From: Harriotta raleighana | Lineage: Eukaryota | Direction: 5' to 3' | Length of the DNA stretch: 64,000 nucleotides | NCBI GenBank assembly: GCA_050575255.1 | Contig: JBNZDD010013732.1 | Coordinates: forward strand, 21,338,244 to 21,402,243 | Part shown: one piece after another, positions 1-14,972 of the stretch | Numbering within the stretch: the stretch's first letter is position 1 | Layout: each line of letters opens with the position of its first letter | Notes under the pieces: model-generated | Database searches by the model: none | Seen by the model: only the letters and a program-made list of their open reading frames with translations | What the model was told of the DNA's origin: nothing | Made by a program: the position numbers and the translations under genes

Positions 1-1374
1 GAATATTAACGCGTGTAAAATAATATATGTAACAAAACTAATTTGCAATTCCAACAAGTTTTCAAAAATGCTAATGAAAAGCAGCTAGCGCAGAAAAGTT
101 TATTCATTAAGGCAACATGAGTTCAAAGAAATGTCAATTTAACAGGAACAATATGAACCTTGGTTGCAGGAAAGAACAACGTTAGTTAAGATGATATCAG
201 TTTCCATTCAGTAATAACTGTGCGTAAGGCAATTGCCACATTGTCAACCAGGGTTTTCAACATGACAGTTTCGCCATTTTTACAAGCAGTGTAGAGTTAC
301 ACATAAGATTCCAATTTTTGTAGATTTAAATTTGGGAAATTTGTTTTCACTCAAAGAGATGTTGTGGTGTGGAATATCTGGCCATGAAAGTTAGTAGCAA
401 GAGTTCATTGTGGTATTCAAGAGGGAAGAAAGGTTTATCAAAGTTAGATGCTTGAGCTAGGTGTTCTGCTGTTGGCACTGGGATTGAAAGTGCTACTTGC
501 TGTGTGACCTTTGAAGACTCAATCGGCTGAATGACCTTCATTGCACTATGATTCTATGAATTTAATCAATGCAGAATGAATCTCAGAAATAGATGTAATT
601 CTCCACTTCACCGCTTCCAAAATTCAACTTTGTGACATAAAATTAAATGCTGGTCCGATTTTCCTCAACTCATTGTTGGCCATCGGAAGAGTAGTTTCAG
701 ATGAAGAAAATAATTCTGCCTATTCATCTTATATTTTAAGAATACAAAATACTGTCAGCCCATTTCTCCACAACCAATTACAGAAAATAGCAGGGCTGAG
801 TCAGGAGGTTGAATGAAACCTGTGACTGGATATTACAATAAAAAATTGGTACAATTGGTAGATTTACAATTATAAATGATGTTAATGTCCAATTAATACT
901 AGATTTGTTTTATTATGTATACACTATGCTAACTTTTAGGGTGCCCATCCATCCAGTAGTGTGTAGTGCTTTAAAATACCCTCCTGACATGAAAGGCCTT
1001 ATATAAACGTAAATTGTACTTTTTCACTTGCAATATAATTTAGCTTCTGCTCAGAAATAGTTTCTTGCAGTGGAAGCATGGCAACCTTTGAACTTTGATA
1101 TTCTAATGCCCAACATTGGAGTTCTGTCACATGTGTGTTTAGTTGTATATTCTCAGATTGTCCGGAGTCTCCCAAGCTGGAATCAAGAAATATAAATGAC
1201 GTCTGATCATGATCACTTTACGCTTCACTTTCAGTAGAATAAACTAGGCATTTATTTCGCATGGCAAGTGAACTATAATTTATAAACTTAGTCTCACATC
1301 ACAAAGCTAAGTCATCATCTATAATGTATTATTCCATGACTAAATACTGAAATGTATTACATTAAGCTAGAGAA

Positions 1375-1760
1375 ATGAGGAGCAGAGTGGGTTAAGCACA
1401 TAGTCATTTCACCCTTGGGACTAGTATTCAAATCTAACCCAGAGTGATGGAATAAAGACATACTGATTTCGACACCTGTAATAGTCCCAAGTGAAATGAA
1501 CTTGGCCATTCTCAATCGCATGCTTAGCAGTGGCAAGTCCAAAGTACAAAACTACTTAAACTTTGCCTGTAACTGGGATTAGATTGGAATTATAATTCAA
1601 AAAAGGCCATGAGGATAGCCAGCATGAAAAATGGGAATGTCACATTGGTACAGTGCTAAAGTTGAAGTGCAAGCAATAGTTTTCGAGAGAAAGCAAAGCA
1701 AAATTTTGTTCTGACTTATGATGCATTTTATCTGAGATTGCCCAACCTGGCATTAAGGGT
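1375..1760 (+). mobile_element. Very old tRNA-derived SINE remnant (possibly LF-SINE-like)
   Basis: Degenerate tRNA-like head (gagtgggttaagcac...tttcacccttgggactagtattcaaatctaaccca) followed by gtgaaatgaacttgg. Family assignment is from memory only. Confidence 0.35.
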
Positions 1761-4700
1761 AAAAAGTAGAGAGCTGTTTCATTCCACAGACCTCCCATCT
1801 GTTAGCTTGATGAAAATAGAATATAAGCAATTGGTATACAGGTATTTGTTTGAGGGTCGTCTTGATGTGGTAGCTGACTGATAAAGGTATTCCTATGCAA
1901 TTCTGTTCTGAAATTTTTTAGCACCCATCAGCAGAATAATCCCATCCATATATAGCTCATCCCACAACTACAATAATTTATCTGTACTTCAGGCACATGC
2001 TTAATTCATTGAGTGATCAGAAGACTACAATATTTAGTATATGAATGGTTACTGCCAGAATCCAAGCATTCAAAGTGCAAATGGTTTAATTGTGAAAACT
2101 GCGGCAAGTGTCTTCTGCCCTCAGATAATGTTCCTGAAAGATTGTAATTCTTTCCATTGAATCTCCAGAATATGAACCCCATATTTCATGTAATTACACA
2201 AGAGTGTAGATCAAATGTCCACATCCTTTGGGCCAGAGCAAACTACATGAATTGTTGCATACAGGCATGTCATATTGTACAATGAATAAACTAAGTGTGG
2301 CTTCCCTTGTGAATATTGGTTGTGGGCAGCAAGATATCAGTTATAAAAAACCTGCTGTGCACATGCCAGCTCAGAGTCAACATCACACGAGTCTAGCAAA
2401 CATGTGTACAACTTTGCACACAAACAGTATTGAAGATTTTTCTTTACTATAATTTCTACTATACAGTTTGGGTTTAGAGAGATTGTAGTAGTAGAATGTT
2501 GTTGTTGACTGTTGTCATTTTATATTTGGCATGATGTCCAATTATCTGCATTGTATGTTTACCCACAATAGGTCTGGAAAAATTTGTCTGTCCACTCACC
2601 AATGAAAAAGAATACCTGGAAATGCATCCTCTGCAGTCCATGGATTATAGCAACTAATGCTCACACCTTCTGTTTTCATTCCCTTCCCCCTGAAAGAAAC
2701 CTACTGTTCCAATTGAGACATCAAGCAATATCAATATAAAATCTAGTGTTGCCACCAACCATTTTCTTCCAAACATCATTGCGACATTCTGACAATCAAA
2801 TTTTACCTTCTCCTGAAAAATCAATCCTATTTAAATACTGACAAATCAAGGATAACAGCAAGTAAGGAACCTTGTAAAAGCTGGTTACCTTATAATTGAA
2901 ATTATGTGAAGATAACATAAATACCCTTCACGTTTCTTTAAGTTAACCGGATGTAACTCAACATAATTATTATGATATCCAATGCCACAGAAGGAAGGCG
3001 TTTGTTTATAAAAGACAACTAAATTAAGAGGTTTGTTATCAATCAAAATCAAAAATCAATCAAAATTTTATTTATATAGTGCCTTTCACATCGGGAGGAC
3101 GTCCCAAGGCGTTATGAAATTGCATACGGTTAGAAATTCTTCAACCTATGTTCACCTTCTCTCTTGCTCAGCATCCAAACTAGGCACTGTGCAGTGCTTC
3201 CTTTCCTGCAAGACGGACACTTTAAATTCAAATTGTTGTTGTAAGGTGACGCAGCATGTTAATGACTTACGTCCACATAGAGTAGCAAAGACTTTCATTT
3301 CGATCATTGTACCAAAGAGATTCGGGGTCCAAGGATAACATTTCACAAACCTGGTACACTGCTTCTATCATTATGATATCTATCACAATGGCTCCCTCTG
3401 TTAGTGAAAGTTGTTATCAATTACCATTGCTGAAAGACAAGCATTTCAAAACACAGATGATTTGGACAGTAGTTTTAAACCAAAAGTTTAATCTAATCTA
3501 ATCTCCATCGCCAGCTTTATCCTGCATTGCCAATTTTATGTCCAATACTTATGACGACAACAACAACTTGCATTTATTTAGCGCCCTTCACACCAGGTGG
3601 CTAGGTGACAGCCAATTTTAAATCACAATTCCCTAACCTCAGAGAGAATTAATCGTTATTGCTTGCCGAAGGTTAGTAGGTCTACAACAGCATTATTATT
3701 ATTGCAGAATTACAACCAAAATACAGTACTGTCTGCAGAACCTATCAGACAATGACGTTGGCTATTTAGCATTCTCGAGAGAATGTGCAGAATTTGTTTT
3801 AACCAATGTGAAAAATTAATAGACTTCACTCCATTCTTTGTTTGACTCCCAGTCCACTTGAAAGCTAAGTCCTATTCTTTTGAGCTCCTTGTTCTATGAC
3901 TAATCAGTACATTATATTTTGTGCACTAGAACTATATGTTATGCAAATTGACATCAATAAGCAGCTTTTCAGCTTTCTTTGTGTTACAGCCATTCACTGA
4001 GAAGTAAATGATCTCACTGTCATTATAGTTAGGAGCAGAAAAGCATTGTTTCCAGCGTGTATCATGTATATCCTTGATACTGTATTTAGGCCAGTAAGTA
4101 TACTAAATGGAAGGTAGGGTGGGGGGAGGAGAAATTCTATTTAGTATTAATAACAGTATTAAGGAGTATTTTGGATTTCATATTATGTTTACATACAGGT
4201 AGACATATTTCAAGTCACCTGATAGATTTATGATGATAAACATTCAATGCAGTTGCAGCCTCTTGATTCTCAGTGCCAATAAACCTCAAATCTGTCAAAA
4301 TGCAATGGAATGATTTCTGGCAGGTTTTTTTTGCTGGGCTGATGATTGTGGAGCGAATACTTCACAAATAAATTTCCATCAACAGAGAGGTGATACTAAG
4401 CAATGAAACACCAATACACAACTCCACAAAATTTGAAGACACAAGGCTTGATGCCTTATGTCTTAATTTGCATATTATCTGTTTTGCAATTCCTTTTGCT
4501 GAGGTATTTGTTCTCCAAAACACAGTTTGCATGTGCCCTTAGCATATGTGTACCTTTTTTAAAAAAAAATGGTATAACTCAAGAATATTTAGCAAATAAT
4601 TTTTCACCTAGATCTACGAATTGAATGGACACTCTTCTCTTTGGTATGTTTAGCAGTCTTAAATAAATTGGGATTGGATAGTACTCAACTAAAATTCAGT

Positions 4701-5589
4701 TTATCAACCCAGAGAACAAAACTAGTCATTATTCTGCACTAATTGACAATCACTCAGAGAGAGCATATGGATGGATAACTGTCATGGGACATTGTAAGAG
4801 AGATTCAAGCTTTGGCTTGGGAAAAGATGGATAAGTATATATCTGTGGAAGCTGAGCGTGGTGTGTAATGGGCAAAGCCAATTCTCGCAAAACTCATTCA
4901 GATTGCTAAACGCCCATTAATTCATTGTCCACATATTCACATATCTGTTGTATATGTATGTGGTGGAGGTAGGGCGGGCGGTAAGTTGGGGTATATTTCA
5001 CATTAGTGCAAGGGAGTGAAAAAAACTGAAAATTTGATTGGCAACTGTGGAAAATCAAACTGGTGAAGTATGGCAAGTTTTTTTGAGGTAAGGGCTAAAG
5101 TATGCTTTTGAAGCAATCTTACTCCACACAGTTATTATGTATTATTATATCCAGTTACAATTATTGTTCCTTACTTCAGCTGAGAATCCTTACACAAGAT
5201 ATCCAAAGCAGGAATAGATATTTCCTAACATTTTGTTTCTCTCTTTAATCATCAAACAGGCAAGTACTGTAAAATAATGAATTAATGGTATTGGCCTTGC
5301 AACCAACTGTATCAAGAAAAATTGCTAATGTTTTACAAGGTGTAAACTGTAACGTATCTCATTAGTACAATTTTTTGACTATATGTCAATGAGTTGAACC
5401 TCATGCGTACACAAGAGTTGCTGGCATTGCCTTCAATGTTATCAGACTTAGTGAAAATGTTGTCAAATTGATCATGTATTAATTTACTGTTAAACAGAAC
5501 CTATTTTTCTAAAATTTCTCTCTCTTACTCCCCCATCCCCTGTGACAGTGCTAACTTTTCCTGGGAAATGAATGGGATCAAAGCAACTA

Positions 5590-5900
5590 TGTCTCAGTGA
5601 CCATTCTTTATGTGTGAAAGTAGAGATTGCATGTCAGTAGGACACTCGACCATAGAGGGCAACAAAGCAGTGCTTGATCCAGTTCTCACCTCACACACAA
5701 ACACGCGCAAGCAAGCACACATACACATTTTCTGACAGGGGTCACTGGATAACAATCAGAGTGAGGACTCTCCCTGATACCAATTGTAGATCTCCAACTG
5801 CTGCCCTTTCCAGGAGTCAGCACAGGTCTGAGATTGAACTTGTGACCTTCATCATGTGTAAGATTCCATATTCAGAAATACACCATATGGGTACATTTGG
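5590..5900 (-). mobile_element. Ancient SINE remnant (family sharing a tgtgctgagttagct-like core)
   Basis: Similar to 54620-54895 (-) and 18045-18300 (+): ccaattgtag...cagcacaggtctgagattgaacttgtgaccttc. Confidence 0.45.
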
Positions 5901-6876
5901 CCACTGAACTAGAGGCTTAACTTCATTAAAGTATGTTACAAAACAAAAGCTGAAAAAGATCTTATCAAATGGAAGACTTGTCCAAGGTTTAATGGTCAAG
6001 TCAAATTTGCATAACATGGACGAAACTAATCGAATTTGGGATCACCAATAGAAAATTTAGCTTGCTATATGGGGTTTTAGGCAATTTGGCTGCAAATCTC
6101 TTTTTGATTTATTTATTTGAATGAAACAGCTATGTAACATAGGATTACACTAAACATGCTCTGAAAACTAATAGAATAGACTTTCAAACAGGTCTAATCT
6201 TTAGCAATTAACTATATTTTGTGACATCCTGTAATAGCTGCAACAAACCTCTTGAAAATGCAAGCTTCCTTCAGGCATCCAAAGCCATATCTAAAGGCCT
6301 TCACTTTCTAAAAGGGCTTGCTGATGTTTGTTGACAAGACTGAATGGGGTTACTTGTTGTCATGGTGCAAAACACTGTATTTTTTTTCCTTTTATTGCTA
6401 GCAATAGGGAACCTTTTTTAAATATACAAACCAATGTGCTTTGTATCTCCATCACTATCTGAATTTCACAGTCAGGGTTCCTACTCTGTACTCTGTACAT
6501 CTATTCAAGCAGTCAATCATTGCAGGGCTTCATCTAAATTTTTGAATAATTAGCAGAAGTGGAGAAATTAAACATATTATTTTAAAACAGCTCGATCTCT
6601 TTGTTTCACACAAGTCGTCAAAATCTTTCACAGGCAAACTGCTCACTTTTATGCTGACCATTCCTTTCTCAAGAGTGATTATTTCATCAATATTGAAGTC
6701 ACTGCACAGCACTTTGAAACTTAGTGCTGGTTTACTTCACTGGTCTTGAATTGCAGTATTAGTTGTGCAGAAAATTCTCACACAAAGTCAATGATGCGGA
6801 AATCTAGACAACTGTACATGACTAGTTTATAGGTTTTTTTAATAGTCTCCTATTAAGTTTTGACTATATTTTAAAT

Positions 6877-7050
6877 CGGTCACTTCAATCCACGACTGTT
6901 TGTGGGACACTGCAGTGCGCAACTGGCTGCCGCGTTTTGCCCACAAATATACAGTCAATTCACTTTACAGTATATTATGTGAAGTGCTTTGAGACATGTA
7001 GAAGACGCAAAAAGCTTATATCAAATGCAAGGCTTATTGTTATTGTTATT
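6877..7050 (+). mobile_element. 5'-truncated Deu-type SINE
   Basis: Body gtgggacactgcagtgcgcaactggctgccgcgtt and tail aaatgcaagg plus ATT-type repeat; near-identical to 15137-15308. Confidence 0.9.
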
Positions 7051-7879
7051 AGACCAAGAGATTTTGATCTTTACATAAAGTTAACGCACTCCGGAACTCA
7101 TCCTGGAGTTTCCCTGCTTTATTCCTCCCTACGAAATTAAGCGTTATACAGCAGACTATGCCTTCAGCCACATTTCCCCTTGGCCCTGATTATTATAGAT
7201 ATTCCTTCCAAACTGATAGATTTTGCCATATTTTTGCTTAAATAGGGCGCATTGATACAACTAATGGAAGAATTGAATCAGGGAAGTAACTGAGTGTGGC
7301 TGAATGAAAATATATACAGTTTAGTTGAAGCCATATAATCGCTGAAGCATCCTGTCACTGACAATATTGGTGCCGACATTAATTTAATTTCAGTAACTCC
7401 ACCCAGCTAATTCCTCCACTAATTATCTGTATTTACTCATTGACAGAAACAAATTGAACAACTAATAATTTATATCCCCCTAATAATTTATATTAAATTG
7501 TAATTCTGTGATATTTAAAGAGTAGTCTGTGGATAGACTCTCTCTTTGTTTCAATAGACTGCTGCAGAATGGGATCAAAATAATTAGGCAAATTATATCT
7601 TGTTGCGATACATTAAAATAATAAATGTGAAGTACAATTTTTCTTTCAATTTAGTTGTTATTTTATTGTTGCCAACCACCTGATAGTGTAGACTCTAGTT
7701 TGGGTTACAGTTCCACAGGCACCAGCTGCCTCTGATGCCTTGTCCAAGTTGACTGTTCTTGAAGTGTGGACAATGGACAGTGTTGGCAGACGATGTGTTC
7801 ACAGTAGCCAAGCCTAATTGAATCCTTACCCAGCTTTCATACATTGGGTTCCCATGATTCATGTGAGAGTCATAAACCA

Positions 7880-8460
7880 CCCAAAATTGTACACTCTGTA
7901 CTCCTTGATCTTGCCACACCTTCATATCCCATTCTTTGCCAGTAATTATTCAATTTTTTTTAAAAAATGGATTAAGAAAGTCACATATATAAACTATCCT
8001 GAATTAGTCTCAGCAACCCTGGGCTTGTGAAGCAAATATATAAAGTTCTCGAATTCTACAATCTCACTCCAAATGTTATCAATTTCCTTCGACATTGTCC
8101 TTTCCTTGTGTCCGATCATGTCTCCTTTCAAAGTTCTTTTGAAAACTGATTCAGTTCTGTGAGTTTCCACTGACAATCTGGAGCCCTGAGTCCTGAAGAA
8201 ACCATTGTTACTATGCCAATGCATGTTTGATATCATCCACAAATCTAATATTTTCTCAATCCACGTAAAATTACCAGAACTGACCCTTGCAACCTTCACT
8301 TATCGCTGGCTCCAATCAAAGCTTTGTTCATTCTCACTTAATACATGCTATTGCTCAATCAGTTTTGAGCTTTAACTAACTTACCACAAATTACAATACC
8401 TTACATTTTCTTTATAAGTTCTCATATATGGAGCTTTATCAATAGACTTGCAATAATAAG
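7880..8460 (-). pseudogene. Highly degenerate CR1-like LINE reverse-transcriptase fragment
   Basis: The minus strand has AFDKVPH-like (attgataaagctccatat) and WIEKIL-like remnants, broken by frameshifts and stops. Confidence 0.5.
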
Positions 8461-11021
8461 AAACAAAACAATTCAACCAATGAACACTTTGATATATTTT
8501 CCATTGGGTGAGTTGCAAATACTGTAGTTTATTGAACAGGCACAAGATTCCTGTCTCAGGACATGTAATGGAGAGGTTATGTACTCACACTATACAACGC
8601 AGACAATACATTTCTGTAGCAGTCAATAATTCATAATGATATACTGTATTTTGGACTTTAGTTGCCATATTGAACAATTCTGCTTTACATGCAATTTAAT
8701 TATTAATCAAACATTCTATCCAACAACAATATTTGACAATCCTTAGCTAATATAAAATCTTCTAGTTGCAATGCTAAAAAGCCAATATTGTTACATAAAA
8801 TATGCAAGTTAAAGTATACAAGTGCATTGTGTTCACTGCATTGATATTTTCCACAAGTCATGGTACTGAAGGAGTACCACCTGTTTGGCTTTGGAATACT
8901 TCACTGTATCAATCTGTCCAGAATTATAGTGACAACAATTGTTTTGAAGGACAGTCCTTCAAGTCCCCATTCTTGTCTTGTCCTGTTAACTTGATTCAAA
9001 TAATAATTCCTAAGGTAAATCTAACTTCTATGGCATACATCTAGTAAATAAGTTACTCAGTTACCATTAGTTAAAATTACAGCTGTGACATGCTACCCAT
9101 AAAAATGATATGTATTGGAAAAAAAGGCCCAAAACTATTCTGTATAGGTAAAGCATCAACTTGAACTTTGGAATTTCCAATTTCTGGATTGTCTCTTTTA
9201 TTGTAATCAGTTTTCATTACAGCTCTTTGATCTCTATCCTTTCTTTGTACACAACACTTCATCACCCTTATTTTGTGCCATAATTGCTTGAGAAAGATTT
9301 CTTCTTTGATGGAGGTTGGATGCCAAATCACTATTAGAAAGAGTGTTGAAAAGTGTCATATGTGCCGTCTGCTTTTTTTAAATGAAATCCATACACCTGC
9401 AGAAGAAAAACAATTTTTCATAGATATGACATATCTATCATCCCTCTGCAGGATATGAGCTGTTCTGTGTGCTTAATAGTGAGGGCTTTGCATGGTGGAA
9501 TACTAAGTGCTGAAAGAAATTTGCAGCATGTTACACACTGTCTGGCAGCCTTCCCCGACCTCATCTCATCTAGCCCTCTGATAATTCACAATTTGTGTTC
9601 CACAGGGCTCATCACTCTAGCTGAGAGAGTGCCTAGATGGGGCCCTGTCTCTGCTCTCTGTCAGTCTGTCAGTCAGGTGTGTCTGTCTCCCATCACCTAC
9701 TGACAGAACCACATGCTTCTCAATTACAGTCTAGCCACCGTTTTCACTGATTTCAACAACTGATGAAGACATTAATTCGAACATGTTTATACCAAGGTTT
9801 CAGAACCTCCCACTTTGGATTTCTAAAATATCCCAAAGAAAAAGAAGAAACAGAATGATTCCTGCACTCCCCCCAAAAAATAGAACTCCTACTTTGGCAC
9901 CACACATCTCTATTGACATCAGAAATGATAATATCTATCAACGATCTGCCAACTCCCAAGTGGATTGGGTGGAGAACAAAGGCACGACTGTCTCTCTCTG
10001 TTGCGGTTACAAGGAGATGTTGATGTACCTGCCATTCAGGTGCAAATAGTATCATCATGACTGCATAAATCAAGGCTTTTAGCCACTCAAACCACCCACT
10101 GAAAATGGGCTCCGTTTGCCTTTTCTGTTCATTCCATAAACAAAATCCAGGGATGCTGCAATCAACAGTGGAGCAGACAGTAACGAGAGACAAAAGCAAG
10201 CATTAGCTATACTTGCCATTGGTATAAATAGTTGAGGTGATGATTAATGACTTGAGGGAAAGCATTAGCCGGCGTGATGAACAGAGACAAAGCCTGTCTG
10301 CTCAGCTGCCCACAAACAAGACAGGCTGCATCCACATAACCGCTGAAAGTGACAAACAAAAAAAAGGCAACGCAATGGACAGCACATGAAGACTTAATTG
10401 AACCCCAATGGCTCCTCAGAGCTTTATTAACACTTTGACATTCTCAGATGATGAGGTCAAAAAGGCTCCAAGCATGCATTTGTTGAAAAAAGTGCACATT
10501 GATGTGCTACAGTCAGACATTAAACTATATAGAGGAGAAGATGAATACCGAGATGGAGTGACCCAAAAGGACACTTCAATGTTCAGATGTCAAATGTGCC
10601 AAAACTGAGTTAGTTAAAAGAAGTTTATTTTCTGTCTCAACAAAGAGAGAGAAGCAAAAAGATGAAATACCCCAGCGGGGATTTCTCCACAGGCTTTTCA
10701 CACGCTATAGCTTTATTGGAAAATCTTCATGTTAAAACGATAAAATAGAACAGTGTACACCAGTTTGGGGAAATAAAATTGCAAGCTTGCGAGTTCGATG
10801 CTTGCAAAGGATGTTTGTCTAAGTTTTGAGCTTGCAAAGCTCCAAAGTGACTGGGAATAACATTTTTAAAACTCTTGTCAAAAGAAAAAGTATTCTTTGA
10901 CAGAAAATAAATTCCTGCTTTTACATTGCCTCATTAATAGTGGCTTTGAGAGTTAGTGGCGTGCTTTTATTATAACTCACAAACATAATGGCGATTAAAT
11001 GGTCCTTTGCTTCAGTTCCCC

Positions 11022-11094
11022 TGTTGGGGGAGAGGGGGTGTGTTGGGGGAGAGGGGGTGTGTTGGGGGGTTATTGGCGTGGGGAGGGTTGGGGG
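11022..11094 (+). repeat. G-rich 19-bp tandem repeat (about 2.5 copies) plus further G-tracts
   Basis: tgttgggggagagggggtg at 11022 and 11041, with a partial copy at 11060. Confidence 0.85.
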
Positions 11095-13613
11095 CTTATG
11101 CTGGGAAAACTGAAAAGTTCTGTAAATCAATAAGTTATATATATAACATTGGGTTTATTTTGAAACAACTGCAGTTGCTGTCAGCAGAAGATCAGAAAAT
11201 ACCTAATCAGAAATCTCAGATAGTTTTAAGACACACTGCTACAATGGAGGATTCATTCTGAATAATTACCTTTCCTCATGTGGAATTATATCTATGATCA
11301 CAATCACTGCCTTTATATTCTCTAAGTTTGAAATGGAAGCTTTTGGGAATATTTTGAAAACTCGTAAAAAAAACATAAAATTTTTCATAAATATTAATGG
11401 CTTGGGACTGATGTGATAGAACATTTGTATGTGTCATAATATTAAGTGTCAAAATAGCAGTAACGATTTATGAAATAAAAATGTTTTAAATCATCCAAAT
11501 AGGTATCAGATCTTTAGTTTGCTATCTTTTACAGCCATGAAGAAAAAAAAGTCATGAAATTGAACAGGCCAATAGTTAAAAAAAATCAATGAGCACATCA
11601 CTGTCAATTGCGGGAGATTGATTTTCAAATTGATGACAAGAGGATAATGCCTTAATTCTACATATTAAAATACTGTGGCCCAATAAGTAAAAATAGCTTT
11701 GAACGGTAGCTTTAGCCTGTATTGCAGGTCTGAAAAGGATAATCTTCTAAGAATGGTAAAGTGACACATCACAGCTCAACATTCTACATGGAACACAGAA
11801 TTGAGCATTGAGGCATTTTTAATCTAAATTATCTTAGATGAACAATTGGCTGTAAAATATTATTAAGATTACTGCTTTACCCCAATTAAGAATTTATAAT
11901 CTCCTTTGCAACCCTTAGCCATCATCATATTTAATGGATTACTTTGAAGTTTGTATGGATTACTTTGAAGTGGAAATGACAGGAACTATTTAAAACTTAG
12001 TCACATTGATTCTTATTGTGACAGGAAGCTTACTGAGTTTATGGTCTCCTCATATGGAAAAAACAGAACATCTTGTAGCAGCAGTGAGCTATCCATGCCC
12101 TGCTGACTACTTCCAATTCTACTATCAGTTTTACCATTAAGATATAAAGTGCTGAGTGTTTACCTTAAATAAATAGCCATTACTTCCCTTCAAGGACACT
12201 TCCCATCTTGAAACTAAGCTGTACAGATCAGGAAGGTCAATCCCAAATCTATGATAACCTTAGCAGTGGCCTCTTGGGATGCTACAGTTGGGCTTTAGTA
12301 TCTCAGGATAGCAAAAGGGCATCTGGACTCACATGTCTGCCCTTTGTTCTGTGATTTCTTATACTCTCGTGGTATGGGTCTTTCTTGATAGTTTAATAGA
12401 CTGTGTGGTTGAGTTAGCGGATGATGTCAGCAAGGCACTAAAGTCATCTTCATCACTAATGGAATAGGAAGAGACACAGGAGAAATTAGTCTATCTCATC
12501 ATTAACTGCCACTTTCCGAAAAGGAAAGTTCGGGGAAGGGGAAGCGGAATTCACCTTGTTCACGATTGAACATATGGTTAGAAATTATCTTAACTGCAGA
12601 CCATACATGGAAAAAATTAGATAATGTAGACAGACGTTTCATACATTAGAAATATGTAATATTTATGGTAACTTCACAATACAGATAATACAACAAATCA
12701 CTATTTAAGTAACATATACTACCAGATTTTTAGCTTCAAACACAGTTCATATTGCAAAATTGAATTGAATGCAGTCAAGTGGACTCATCCAGATGTTTAT
12801 CTGATAATTACTTCTAGATGCGCTTGAGAACCCCAAGTGCAGTGTTTACATATCTAATATTTATTGAATTAAGGACATTATTAATTATCCAAAGAATTTT
12901 AAAAGCAAGCTAATTTTCACTTTCAGTAGCATTACATATTTCTGCTTTGTTTCATTTTGGCTTTGTTCTCCAAATGGTTTTGAAGCTCAAACTTTTGTGA
13001 CTATTTAGAAACAAGTAACATTTAGATTTTTCCAATAAAAAGTGGAAAGGATTGACCCAATGTGAAGCACAAAGGGTAGTTAGGTTTTTAAAAGGTTAAT
13101 ATTTATTTTGACTTGATATGTATACATTGCATCCCAGTAATAAGAATTATAAAGTGTGCTATAACGATATTTGCACACTTTACAGTCTCGTTACCTTGTA
13201 TGTATAGCCCATTAAAAAACAAATAAATATGATATATGATATAATTATTGATTTGCTACCACTGTTGAAAAGCACTGCACTCAGCTGCATAAACACGATG
13301 TTTCCAAAATGTAAATTTAACATAATACAACATTATAGACTGCGGCTTACTTACAGCTTCCAGTTATAAATTTTTTTAAGATTAAAACAATAATTTCCAG
13401 CAAGCGGTAGAGAATGTTTGGCAAAATGAAGAACTCCATTTGCAAGAGTTTATGGGTTTTGAGAACCTGCTGCTTTTAAGTGCAGTGATAAATGCAACAC
13501 AACACTCTGATTTGGTGCAAGACTTTTGTTTCTAGGGAAATTTCTTCTTTTTAACTAAGTACTCAATCATATCGTACAGTTCATTCCTTCCCACAATTCA
13601 CCCCACCCCCACC

Positions 13614-13632
13614 CACACACACACACACACAC
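13614..13632 (+). repeat. Short (CA)n microsatellite
   Basis: cacacacacacacacacac run. Confidence 0.85.
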
Positions 13633-14667
13633 GTAATAGATTTATCTTTCAAATAAATGAAACAAGGTTATTTACCGCTTTTCATTTCACATTTTGTTGC
13701 AAAAGATACAACTACTGAATTCCGTGCCTTACGAAGTGATAATTATGTTGCGTTCACTGCATTTTTATTTTCCTTTTTAATTTTTCAAAAGCACCGTACG
13801 CAGTCTCTTCATCTTGACAATTCAATGTGTGTAAATAAATGAAGCATAAATGCATGTACCTCCTCCATTGAACAGAATGTTTTCAAAATCAAATCCCACA
13901 AAAAACACGTACATCTAACAGAAACTTTCTGCAGGTCAGACAAAATACTTTAAGTAAGACCCACATTATTGAGTTTTACTGATGTAATTTGAATATCTAG
14001 AACATCAATAATTAGTTTCTTGCTACTTGTAACAGAAAGATTTGTTAACACCCAATAGATATTGAGTTCCAACATCTAATGACATCTTTTGACTTTTGTA
14101 TTGGGCAGCAATATTGCCATATGGAAAATTACTGCACCTCATTTATATTTAAAATGGGTTGTACATTATCAACAGTAAGTTATGTCTGCTTGGCAGCTTA
14201 ATACTTCAGTTTAGATGCCACAAGTTCTTATGGACAAGGACCAGAAATCATACAGCTTATCCAGTCTAGGATTACCCCCAACTAGAACTCTGTGCAATGC
14301 CATAAATTCAGGTCAAAACTTTTCATTTAAACTAAGAACTCTGTTAAAGATTTTTCAAACAATCATTTGTCAAAGTCTCCAATTAAGCTACCCTGAGTGA
14401 AAGATCAGTGAAAGGATTTTGCTAATAAATGTCAGATTGTTTGTGCAGCATTGTACTGCAACAATTCAGAAAACCACCTCAAATGTTTTTAAGAAACATC
14501 CCACCCACCCCCCGAACACAATTAAGAATTCAAGTTTAATTCAGTAAATTTTGTTGTGTAATTTTTCACCATTATGCTTGCATTCCTGCAAAGTGATGAA
14601 AAAAAGCTATACTGTGTACAAAGCACTAAACATTCAAGTGCCAGTTTATTGAAAGTCATACTTAATC

Positions 14668-14972
14668 AACAATGACAACAACAAAATGCATTTATGTAGC
14701 ACCTTTCACATCAGGAGGATATCCCGAGGCAGTGAAGGGGTTGCACCTAAACTCAGAGTTGGATTTGGAAGGAGGGGGAATTAGGAATGGGGAGAAAGAT
14801 GACCGAAAACTTGGTCCAAGTGAAAGGTCTTGAGACAGACCTTCAAGAAGGCGAGGTAAGCGATTAGGCAACAAAAAAAATATTTATACAGCAACTTTGG
14901 ATGGAGGCAGAGAGTTTAAAAGCTTGAATCCAGTGCCTGCCAGGTTGATGGGAGTGGGTGGGTTTGTAAGAT
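14668..14972 (-). mobile_element. L2-clade LINE 3' end (distal part), interrupted by a SINE
   Basis: The minus strand ends tgaaaggtgctacataaatgcattttgttgttg, the same tail seen at 44548 and other sites. Confidence 0.75.

Noticed and set aside
11934-11971. 17-bp direct repeat atggattactttgaagt with 21-bp period
   Set aside because: An ordinary local slippage duplication.
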